From NCBI RefSeq assembly GCF_964213995.1, contig NC_135804.1, positions 112,468,001-112,532,000 of the forward strand: a stretch of 64,000 nt of DNA, given 5' to 3'. A program made the translations under genes and the position numbers. Position 1 is the stretch's first letter. Each line of letters starts with the position of its first letter. This document shows positions 26,140-36,596 of the stretch, piece by piece. Below the pieces are notes generated by a model, which saw only the letters and a list, made by a program, of their open reading frames with translations, searched no databases and was not told the DNA's origin. The stretch comes from Mustelus asterias (lineage: Eukaryota).

Positions 26140-26560
26140 CCCTTTATTCTTTCATGCGATGTGGGCCTCGCTGGCAAGGCCAACATTTGTTTTCCATTCC
26201 CCACTGCCCTTGAACTGAGTGGCTTGCTGGGCCATTTCAGAGGGTGGTTCAGAGTCATCACATTGCTGTGGGTCTGGAGTCCCATTTAGGCCACACCAGG
26301 TAACAACAGCACATTTCCTTCCCTAAGGGAAATGGTTATGCAAGGCAATGGAACTTTAATGGATATTAAATTACATAATGAACCAGATGGGTTTTCACAA
26401 CAATCAATAAGGTTTCCATGGTCACAATTACTGAGACTGTTTTATTGATTGGATTTAAGTCTCAGCAACTCCCATGGTGGGATGTGAACCCATGTCCTCA
26501 GAGCATTAGTTCAGGGCTGCGGATTACAAGTCCAGCGATTTACCACTTTGTCATCACCTC
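26140..26560 (-). mobile_element. tRNA-derived SINE with L2-like tail
   Basis: Matches 26953-27155 and 47165-47505 (AACCCATCTGGTTCA.TAATGTCCTT); tail shared with the L2 3' ends. Confidence 0.75.
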
Positions 26561-26952
26561 CCCAACTGGTGCGTTTGCCTTCACACATCTTGTCAGTTCA
26601 ACCATGAACTACTATATTAGAAAACTTCAAAATCAACTTATTAATTTAACCTGAGCTGTCAGCTTGTTAGCTTGCTTAGAAGCTTCATACCCCCTCAGTT
26701 CCTGAGAATGATTGCATTGTAAGAATTTTGGAGGTTGTTTTCCTCTATACTTTGTTTTAGTCTGAAGCACGCTATCCGCCATCATAATTCTATATGTGCC
26801 AATATAGAAAACTAGTGAAAACCTCTCACCAGCTTCAAACAAGCTGCTTGTAATTCTGATTCTCTGAGATATTTTTAACTGACTGTTTCCGACTCTAATC
26901 TGTTTGCACATTTATTTTCTAACCCCATTCCTTGTTGTCTCATGAACAGAAA

Positions 26953-27155
26953 GAGGTAATGGTGTTGTGGTATTACCTCTAGACTAGTAATTCAGAGACT
27001 CAGAGTAATGCTCTGGGGACCTGGGTTCAAATCCCAGCAGATGATGAAATTTGAATTCAATAAAAATCTGTAATTAAAAGTCTAAGGAATGACTACAAAT
27101 TGATTGTTGTAAAAACCCATCTGGTTCACTAATGTCCTTTGTTGCCCTTACCTGG
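26953..27155 (+). mobile_element. tRNA-derived SINE 5' part (L2-tail family)
   Basis: A-box-like TGGTGTTGTGG and B-box GGTTCAAATCC. Confidence 0.75.
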
Positions 27156-27172
27156 ACCTCATAAATTGGGTG

Positions 27173-28400
27173 GCAGGAAGTTGCACATCCCATCATCATA
27201 TCTGGGCACCATATTTTAAAAGATGCTCAGACTGCAATTCGTTAATTGTGTGCTGAACCTTGGAGCAGGACATGGAAGGCAGCAGTCAATCAGCTCAAGG
27301 TTCAGCGATGCCTTGCTGAATATACTCTTGAATGCAGTGGAGGACAGGAGGGAGGTCCTTTACCTGAGGGATAGGAGCAGGAGAGCCACCCATCTCACCA
27401 CCCTTGCTTAGGAGGCAGTCACCAGGGTGATGAGTGCTAACTCCATGCACAGGAGGGTCACCCTACTATACAGGAAAAGGATGAATGACCTCATCTGTGC
27501 TTCCAGGGTAAGTGAGCCCTCTATTCCCCACACTCTTCTCACTGAATGGGAACTGCAACATGGGCCTCAGTGGCAAGGCTACCATCTGTGCTGCCCATGT
27601 ATAAAAGTTCTTCACACAGTGTTGGGGTGCTGTGCTGCACCATAGCCCTACTGTTGTCTGCTGGTAGAGAGATGACTGTGGGTCACTCTCCCAGCCACGC
27701 AAAGGGTGATTTCTTTTGGTGGGGGGGGGGGGAGTGTGGTGGGGGTGGGGAGGGGGGGGGAGGTTGGGGGGGAGGGGTGAGGGGGGTTGGGTGGGGAGGG
27801 GGGTGGGTGGGGAGGGGGGGCATTGGAGAGGAGTTGGCATGGAGGGCAACTGCAGACACTGCTGCTGCCATTCCTGCTGGAGCCCACAGCTCTGGAGGGT
27901 GCTGCTGCAGTACCCTTGGGATGGGCAGCAGTGCATCTCTCATATGGCACACAGTCACCAATAGGTTGGCGGTGAAGATAGGCAGTATGCCAACGTCACC
28001 TGCATCGGAAGTGCTCACTAGCCATCTGTTATCTTTGTGCCGGACACATTAGTACACAACAGGCATGGAGAGAGAAGACGTGAGGGAGCATGACTAGACT
28101 CCGCACACTGCCCGCCCCCTCCCACCCCCCAAGCCCTCCAGGGAAGAATTATGCTTAGTCTCTGCACATAGAAAGCTAAAGGTGTGCTTCTGTACAATGT
28201 GAGAGGCAGCTCATCCAGTCACTCATTCACTCCTCATTCCATTCCAGGTGCCAGCAGGAAGAGGGCAAGGCCAGACCTCGAACCTGAGTCCAGTAGCCAT
28301 TCCAGCTCACAGAGGAATGAGGAGGATGACAACAAGAATGAATTTTCACTTATAGAGTAATTAGGGTCAATTACAGCAGTCACCTGCACCGCCCCACCAG
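27173..28400 (+). pseudogene. Decayed spliced Myb/SANT-like gene of a Harbinger-type element
   Basis: RFSDALLNILLNAVEDRREVLY..ATHLTTLA*EAV..RRVTLLYRKRMNDLICASR then GTAAGT at 27508; G-rich intron; candidate acceptor CCATTCCAG at ~28247 followed by an acidic stretch. Confidence 0.7.
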
Positions 28401-30140
28401 CTCAGAGACACTCAGGTGGCTATTCAAGGTGACTCACTCCTCTTTGCCCTTCATACACTCCATGCCAACCTATGGCACCTCCATTCCCATATACCCAATA
28501 TACACTATGTACAGAATCAATGAATCCTATAGTAAAAATGGCATGTGGGCATAAACTTTAATAAACTGTAATTCATTACTTTCTTCAGCTTATACTGCAG
28601 CCCCATAAACGTGTCAATTGTCTCAACAGTTAAAATATCAGTAGTAGAAACTAGAAGCATTACTTCATCTTGTATAAATAAACATTGTGTAATTGATGAA
28701 ATAGAACTAAAAAAGAAAGAGCTGTCAATCAAGCAATGTTTTCCCTTGGGTTCAGCTGTTTCAACAGACTAATGGATGTCTGGGCTCTCAGCCAGGAATA
28801 TATAATGAGGCTTGCAATGAACAATAAAGAATTAACTGCTCATTCTGCAAGAAAAGGCAAAGGATTAGAGCACAGCACAGAATCCCAACTTTCTGATCTT
28901 GCTATATTATCAGAGCTTCTAAACTAATCACAGATGTCTTCAGTACATGATCCCAGTTAAATTGAGAGATCAACTCCAGCACAAGTTAGTATATCAAGAT
29001 GGAAAGGGAACAAAGAGAGCATAGATAGCATGGACATGGAACTGGCATGATAGGAAAAAAAATGACCAAATCAGACAAGAGATAAACAAGATAGCAATGA
29101 GATGTAGGGATGAAGTGGAAGAACAGATAAGAGAGTTCCATGAGCCCTGTGCAGCCTGTAGTGAAACTAGTATCAACAGTATGAAAGCAGCACTCTTACT
29201 GAGGTACAAGGTAAATGAGCTGCCATGTAGTCAATTATTGTGTTCAGAAACAGGAACCAAAAATAGTAACACTGAGCAGCAGGTGCAAAGGTATAGCTGA
29301 TGTTTTATTTGTAACTGAGTGGTGGAGTGTAATATTGTACCCAACATAAAGCACTTGTCTCCTTACTGTGGTAATTTGAAAATAATTGCACTGAAGATAT
29401 TATTTTTCTTGCATCGAGTCTTGCAATATCCAGCAATAACTATTTCAGTTTTAGGAGATTGCAAAGCAATTTGATTTGCAAGACTTCATTTGCCTCTCAT
29501 AGTTAGGAATGAAAGAACAAGCGAGGGAACTGGAAAAGAAATAAAAGGTTAGAAGTGCAGGTGTGCGTGGGTGGAGATTTCATCATGGTTGACAGTTTAC
29601 CATTGGGACAGTTCACTTTAATGAGAAAGCCTCAGTAATCAGGATAAGAGGGAATGTTACCTCCAGCATTGTAGCTCATTACAGACCTGTACTGCGCTCT
29701 CCGTCTCAACTACAGCACCAGTATTTGCTGGCCTTTAGGTACGCCTTTCATAGGCATCTAGCATGTTCAAATTGAGACTGTAAGTAAATATATTCTACTG
29801 ACTTCCTTCATAATCCCCCTTACATGCCAGCCTAGAAGACTGGTGAAAGCCTACCAAAAGCTTCTAACAAGCGGCTAACTCCTGAATAGCTCTAATTATT
29901 GGTCTAGGGTGTATAAAGATGATCTACGGTGTGAAGACAGTGGGCTAGACTGGAGGGCAGTGGGAAATGAGCTTGTCATAACCTAAGATATATGTTGGCA
30001 CAGTTAGCAGCCCTGGTGATTTAGAAATTACTGAAAAGGGAATTTGGTACTAAAAGCGTGAGAAATATTTTTTATGGGCATGCCTCAAGAATTTTATTTG
30101 TGACAACTGTTCTAGTGAACTTACTGGCATTTTCAAAGCC

Positions 30141-30613
30141 GGTAAGAGTTTTAACAACACCAGGTTAAAGTCCAACAGGTTTATTTGGTAGCAAATACCA
30201 TTTGCTTTCGGAGCACTGCTCCTTCGTCAGATGGAGTAGAAATCCACTCCATCTGATGAAGGAGCAGCGCTCCAAAAGCTAATGGTAGTTGCTACCAAAT
30301 AAACCTGTTGGAGTAGAAATCCACTCCATCTGATGAAGGAGCAGCGCTCCAAAAGCTAATGGTAGTTGCTACCAAATAAACCTGTTGGAGTAGAAATCCA
30401 CTCCATCTGATGAAGGAGCAGCGCTCCAAAAGCTAATGGTAGTTGCTACCAAATAAACCTGTTGGAGTAGAAATCCACTCCATCTGATGAAGGAGCAGCG
30501 CTCCAAAAGCTAATGGTAGTTGCTACCAAATAAACCTGTTGGACTTTAACCTGGTGTTGTTAAAACTCTTACTGTGTTCACCCCAGTTCACCCCAACGCC
30601 GGCATCTCCACAT
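30141..30613. mobile_element. Palindromic Penelope-derived mini-element with 13-bp TSD
   Basis: TSD CATTTTCAAAGCC at 30128-30140 and 30614-30626; inverted arms GTAAGAGTTTTAACAACACCAGGTTAAAGTCCAACAGGTTTATTTGGTAGCAA. Confidence 0.9.
30235..30542 (+). repeat. Four identical 77-bp tandem units, each with a hammerhead-like core
   Basis: Units start at 30235, 30312, 30389 and 30466; each contains CCAT CTGATGA A GGAGC AGC GCTCC AAAA GCTA ATGG. Confidence 0.95.
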
Positions 30614-30996
30614 CATTTTCAAAGCCCACAGTAACTCTGAGTGTGAATCTCAACATTGTTAAAATTAAAAATCATACTCACTTTCCAATCCTCTACTCAC
30701 TATTTTCTTTCTAAACAATAGCAATTTCATAAGTGACAGGAATTGTCGATAAAATATATATATATTTAGAGCTAATGCACTTAGATCATAAAATATCCAC
30801 TTCCTCTAAAGAAACAAACACTCAACATGGATGGAAATAAATTTCACAGAAAGCAACAGCTGGGAATGCCCCAGATATGTTCATTCGAAAAAAATGTATT
30901 TTAGAAGCTGTATTTTAGTCATTTATTGTATATGATTTATTGGACACAAACATCCAAAGTACAAGTTTAGGGATCAATAGATGCCCCCTCCCAAAA

Positions 30997-32291
30997 TGTC
31001 ACATGTATAAGTTGCTATCTATACCGTGACGTCTCCAACAAAACTGCTGTTAATTGTGCCCTGAGACCAATAACTCAGTTAAAAGAAACATTCTGCCTCA
31101 GGTTTGCATGCAAAAAACAATGGGAAAAAGTATTATCGGAGTGGTTCCAGTCCTGCCATCATTTTATATAGCTCTAACCAGCTCCCGTCTGACCAGACAA
31201 ACAGCCTGTTTTGTTAATAATTACACCATTTGATGCCAATGGAAAAAGGTGGATTTTTCTTGCAAAATGCAGACACCTGGGTGCAAACCTGGCAGGTTAA
31301 AACAAAACTGTCCTGAGGCTATGCCCTTTTGTTTTTGAAGATATAATTTTTCAACTATTGACTGGAAATTTTGCCTTTTGAACTGAGACAGTGTAAACTG
31401 CTTAAAATGCAAAGCCATATTCAGGGTAAAGGTGAGAAATATTACCTTCAGGGGAGTGTGAGGAGAGAGACATTTCCCATAATCCAGGCACCCATTGAAA
31501 CTTGTAAATGTCTAAGGAAGAGACAGTAAAAATGCAAAGCACTTGACATTGAAACAATGGCTGCCACAGACTGACCCACCCAAATCCTCTTGGAAATACA
31601 AAATTGGTGAAGTATTTCAAGGCTCCGTTGCTCCCAGCAGTAATTCGACACTTGAGAGAGATTGCAAGTAACACAGGCAGTGCCAAGAAGAAGACATGGG
31701 CTGAGGGTTGCTTTCTCTCCCTCTCTCTCTCTTTTAGAATGAGCATGTCATCTGGTCCGAGAGGCCAACCCAATCCAACTACCAGCGAACTGAGACCTCG
31801 TAATAATTGCAACATCTTCTACATCTGATCACATCCAAGAAACTGACTAACTTAAGTCGGCCACAGCGTTTAAAATCTATGCCTCAAGGACAGTTAAAGG
31901 ACACTTAGCCTCATATTTTATATTTTTAATTTACCTCTATCATTATTTCTGATGCCTGTGTGTGAACATTTATGTGTCAATGTTGCATGTAGTGTATGTG
32001 TTTGCGTGTGTGTGTTTGTGTATGGGCTTAAATTATTGCATGAGAACCAAATGTTCAACTTCCTATTTTTATCATTTTTCTTGGGTTTGATAACTAATAA
32101 ATTTGTTCTTTTTTAGACTCAAGAAAAGCTTGTTTGATTGGCTCCTTATTGCTCACAGCTCAAATAATTAAATATAGTCCTATTTGGAAAATGCATATCC
32201 TCACAAAAAAGAATCATAAACCTTTGCTGTGACCAACTCAGAAGTCTGAACAGAGGTGTTCCAGTTCATCCCTTCCTACCTGGTTGTAACA
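30997..32291 (+). mobile_element. Probable solo LTR (ERV/Gypsy type)
   Basis: Ends CCTGGTTGTAACA, AATAAA at ~32096 after a GT-rich tract. Left boundary and TSD not established. Confidence 0.5.
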
Positions 32292-32322
32292 AATCCTAAT
32301 TTTCATAAAAGGAGATTACTGA

Positions 32323-32626
32323 GAGCATGGTGGTACAGTGGTCAGCACTGCTGCTTCACAGCGCCAGGGACCCGGGTTTGATTCCCGGCTTGGGTCACCG
32401 TATGTGCTTGGTCTGATGTTCTCCCTGCGTCTGCGTGGATTTACTCCAGGTGACCCTGTTTCCTCCGACAGTCCAAAAGATGTGCTGGTTAGGTGCATTG
32501 GCTATGCTAAATCCTCCATCAGTGCACCCGAAAAAGTGCCAGAGTTTGGGGATTAGGGGATTTTCACAGTAACTTCATTTTAGTGTTAATGTAAACCTAC
32601 TTGCGAGACTAATAAATAGACTTAAA
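32323..32626 (+). mobile_element. HE1-head SINE, Rex1-like tail
   Basis: Family match. Confidence 0.9.
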
Positions 32627-32799
32627 TTTAGTGTTTCTCAATCACCCTGTCTGCTCTGTCTGATGGTGTCGAATTGCTGCTGAGAGAAAACAATATTTTA
32701 TGAAAATAACCATTTTGTTTGGATAGAACTGACTTATCCTCATTTATCCAATGCATTGCTGAACAATAGAGACAAATAAAGAACATTTCTACTATTGTA

Positions 32800-32935
32800 T
32801 AGAAACAAATTACTGCGGATGCTGGAATCTGAAACCAAAAGAGAAAATGCTGGAAAATCTCAGCAGGTCTGGCAGCATCTATAAGGAGAAAAAAGAGCTG
32901 ACGTTTCAAGTCCAAATGACCCTTTGTCAAAGCTA
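32800..32935 (-). mobile_element. Penelope-like terminal fragment with U3:A8 hammerhead motif
   Basis: Reverse complement AGCT TTGACAA A GGGTC ATTTG GACTT GAAA CGTC AGCT; homologous to 56618-56742. Confidence 0.8.
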
Positions 32936-32944
32936 CGTCAAATA

Positions 32945-33300
32945 TTGTGCTCTTCACAATTTTAGGACAACCCACTGCACTTCTCAAATAATGAAGTACT
33001 TCTGATGTGTCCCTACTATTACAGTGTCGGGAAACACAACCATTAATTTGCAGAGCAAACAGGCAACTCGATAAGTGACCCAGAGAACCATTTTCTTTTC
33101 CTGGTGATTTTGGTTGAGGAATAACTGCTGGTTTGGACACTTGGGAGAATTTTACTGCACATCAAGGAGTGATAAAAGACCTTTTTACATGTACCTGACA
33201 CCTCATCCGGAGGACGGCATCTCCAACAGTGCAGCATTCCCTCTGAAGTGTAAGCGTACGTTACATGCTCAAGTCTTTCACCACATAGGGTGTGTGGTCT
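32945..33300 (-). mobile_element. DeuSINE (SacSINE1/AmnSINE1-like) remnant
   Basis: Reverse complement GAGGGAATGCTGCACTGTTGGAGATGCCGTCCTCCGGATGAGG resembles the Deu-domain 5' block. Confidence 0.7.
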
Positions 33301-34378
33301 TAGGAGGGACTGGAAGGGCAAAAGATTCAGGGAAGGTGGCGCTTGACTGTTCATGAAATCAAATATTGAACTAAGCGCTGAAGCTGTATTGAATTGTTAA
33401 GCGTCAGCTTTCATCTAACCGTGTGGGATTTCAATTACCAGAATCCAAGCTGCCCTGATTTGCAATCACAATTCTGATCCGCAGAGTGAGTGTTTCCTGT
33501 TAACATCCACAAAAGAAAGGACAGTGCGGAAAGTCTCTGTCAATCAATTATCTTATTGATATTTGTGCATCAGTGCTCTCATTCTTGATAATGTTACATC
33601 CATGACTTGCGTGGCTGTAGAGATGCTTTGAAAATGCTTCTATATGAAGCAGATTCCGCAGCACACTTGTGCTGATATTGTAATGCTGATTGACCCGGTC
33701 AAATAAAGATCAATGCTGAGGAACAAATCTAAGTGGCTGCACACTTCAGTCGGTCTTACATAACTAAATTAAAAGACCACAGAAATAAATTCAATAATCC
33801 TTCTGATACTTCAGTCCTGGCTGTGACTAAAATAGAATTGATCCTAGACCAACCTCTCTGTTGATTTTGTTCTCCCAAAATGCCAAAGTACTTAATGACC
33901 CAAAAACAAAATTACAAACACATCCAAAAATATGATCCAACATAATACTTAACACGCAACAGTGCCAAAGTATTTACACAAAGTAAAATGATGTATCTGC
34001 ACGCAAAAGATTACTATGCACAGTGTTCATTCTTTTGCTTCAGCTTATCGAAGAGATTTAAGACACAACCAGGTTTACACTTAGCCATTTGCCATCCATG
34101 TTCTGTATTTATGTTTCAGATTTCCAGCCATCATGGTTTTCTTTATATCCAGTGTCTACATTGGATATTATCACAAAATCTTCAAGAAAAGATATTTTTC
34201 TCAACCCAACTCTTGCTGATTGTAATGTAAATGAGTATGTCATTTCACAGAAGCTTGTAATTTACTTAAACTACATCACATGATAGCCAAATGGCCTCCT
34301 TCCGTGCCATATCCCATTCCAGGATTCTGTGGTTGTTTGAGAAAGGCCATTGTTTAGAATATATGGGAAGAAGATGTG

Positions 34379-35930
34379 GGGGTCGATTCTCCCCAAAAAA
34401 TTGGAAGTGTCGAATTTGCGTGAAAAGTGGAGTAAATCCTGCTGGTTTTTTCAGCGGGAGTTTACAAATGAATCGCCCACACTGTGCACTGCAGAGTGCC
34501 CCAGAGTAAATCCCATTAAAAATCTGTGGGCGGGGCCTATTCCCACTGGAGAGGCTGGCAGCATAGCGCTGAGTGGTCACTGCGCATGCGCTGATCTGTC
34601 AGTGCCGAGATTGGCGCATGCGCAGTGGTCCCTGTCTGCTGGCCTCCCAATTGCTGGCTAGCTCGATCGCTGGCCAGCTCCACGATCCTCACATCACTGG
34701 CCCTCCACCCTGCCATGGCCCAATCGCTGCCCCCCCCCCAACATGCCCAGACCCAGCCTTGATCTCCCGCTCCTCCGGCAGCCCGATCTCCTGCCCACCA
34801 GCAGTCCCGGAACCACCCCCTCCGCAGTCCCAGCCCCCCAGCAGGCTGCCCCCAACCTGATGGCTAACCCCGATCACTGGCCTCCCTCCCTTCCCCACCA
34901 ATCCCGGGTGCAGAGTGGTTGCGGGACCCTCCCAAACCCACCTGCCTCCACTAGGCCCTGCCCCCTCGGCACTGCCCCATGCACAGTGGGCAATGCCAAG
35001 GTGCCCCCGGGCATTGGCACTTTGCCCTTTGGGCAGTGCCAGGGGGCCAGACTGGCACTGCCAAGGTGCCAATGCCCAGGTGCAACCCCCCCACCACACG
35101 ACCCTCTGGGCAATTGCACCCCCCTTACTCCAGTAGGGTCTGGCCGCCAGCTTCCCATTAGTGGGGAGCGACTGTAAACTCTGCTGGAATGAAATACTCC
35201 TGGCGGGAGCAGGGGGCAGGTTGGGGGGTAGAGGCTAGCGGACCAAGAGATTTCAGTCCCGGGTTCACTAATAGCATTTAGACTGCATTTAAATTACCCA
35301 CTGCATAATTTATGCAGCTCCACGCCAACTTCCGGCACGGAGCTGTTGGCGCCGGAAATCCGATGCGGGGAACAAAGAACAAAGAAAATTACAGCACAGA
35401 AACAGGCCCTTCGGCCTCCAAGCCTGCACTGACCATGCTGCCTGACTGAACTAAAACCCCCGACCCTTCTGGGGACCATATCCCTCTATTCCCATCCTAT
35501 TCATGTATTTGTCAAGATGCCCCTTAAAAGTCACTATCGTATCCGCTTCCACTACCTCCCCCGGCAACAAGTTCCAGGCACCCACCACCCTCTGTGTAAT
35601 AAATCTGCCTCGTACATCTCCTTTAAACCTTGTCCCTCGCACCTTAATCCTATGCCCCCTAGTAATTGACTCTTCCACCCTGGGAAAAAGCTTCTGACTA
35701 TCCACTCTGTCCATGCCTCTCATAATCATGTAGACTTCTATCAGGTCGCCCCTCAACCCCCATCGTTCCAGTGAGAACAAACCAAGTTTCTCCAACGTCT
35801 CCTCATAGCTAAGGAGAGAGAAGCGCTCAGGGCCGAACGCCCAACGTGAATCATACAATTCAGCCGGTGCTTGAATCTCTGGGCCCGCTGCGCTAAAACA
35901 TCAGCGCAGTGGGATGGGAGAATCGCGCTC
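34379..35930. mobile_element. PIF/Harbinger-like non-autonomous element with nested CR1
   Basis: TIRs GGGGTCGATTCTCCC / GGGAGAATCGCGCTC; TSD GTG on both sides. Confidence 0.8.
35370..35811 (-). mobile_element. CR1 3' fragment
   Basis: ORF 35451..35858 (LSYEETLEKLGLFSLE..); near-identical to 8200-8645. Confidence 0.95.
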
Positions 35931-36164
35931 GTGCTCTTGAATTACTAGAGCAGAGAAAAGGTTGGATGATGGAAGTTTTAGCCTGGTCTGGTGAAGCCCC
36001 AAGAACTTAGACTTGCTCATTTTTCCCACAATAGAGTTCTGTAAAATGTTGTTCAACTGGTCCAACACTTTTGCTTGATTTCAACCCTTGCTATCTTTCA
36101 TTCTTATATTCTGTCAAACACATTTAGGGGCATTTACACTTTCATGTGTTCCTTTCTGATGCTA

Positions 36165-36447
36165 GGTGGCACAGTGGTTAGCACTGCTGCCTCACAGTGT
36201 CAGGGACCCAGGTTCAATTCCCTGCTTGGGTCACTGTCTATGTGGAGTTTGCACGTTCTCCCCGTGTCTGCGTGGGTTTCCTTCGGGTGCTCCAGTTTTC
36301 TCCCACATTCTGAAAGACGTGCTGGTTAGGTGCATTGACCTGAACAGGCGCCAGACTGTGGCGACTAGGGGAATTTCACATTAACTTCATTGCAGTGTTA
36401 ATGTAAGCGTTACTTGTGACTAATAAACAAACTTTATTTTACTTTTA
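36165..36447 (+). mobile_element. HE1-head SINE, Rex1-like tail (short-body variant)
   Basis: Family match. Confidence 0.9.
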
Positions 36448-36596
36448 ATAGTGTCAACATGTTGTGCTGTGGAATGTCGAATTATCATCATGGCCTTCCA
36501 TATCAGCCACATTCTGCATGAAGGCCTGAATGGGCATCAGTGATGACCCCCTCCCCCTGCCTCCTCACAGCGAGGCAACAAAAATTCAGGACAGTA

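Noticed and set aside
27466-28052. Pro/Gly-rich ORFs (also at 34573-35177, 52818-53313, 61766-62345)
   Set aside because: They arise from G/C homopolymer tracts inside transposon bodies.
21855-28710. Possible multi-exon minus-strand gene (exon-like pieces at ~28707-28577, 26790-26691, 26085-25945, 23217-23125, 22010-21855)
   Set aside because: Splice phases of the first pieces do not chain, donors are weak, and the peptides resemble no protein I recognise.
30235-30542. CRISPR-like array
   Set aside because: Units are fully identical with no unique spacers, there are no cas genes, and the context is a eukaryotic retroelement.
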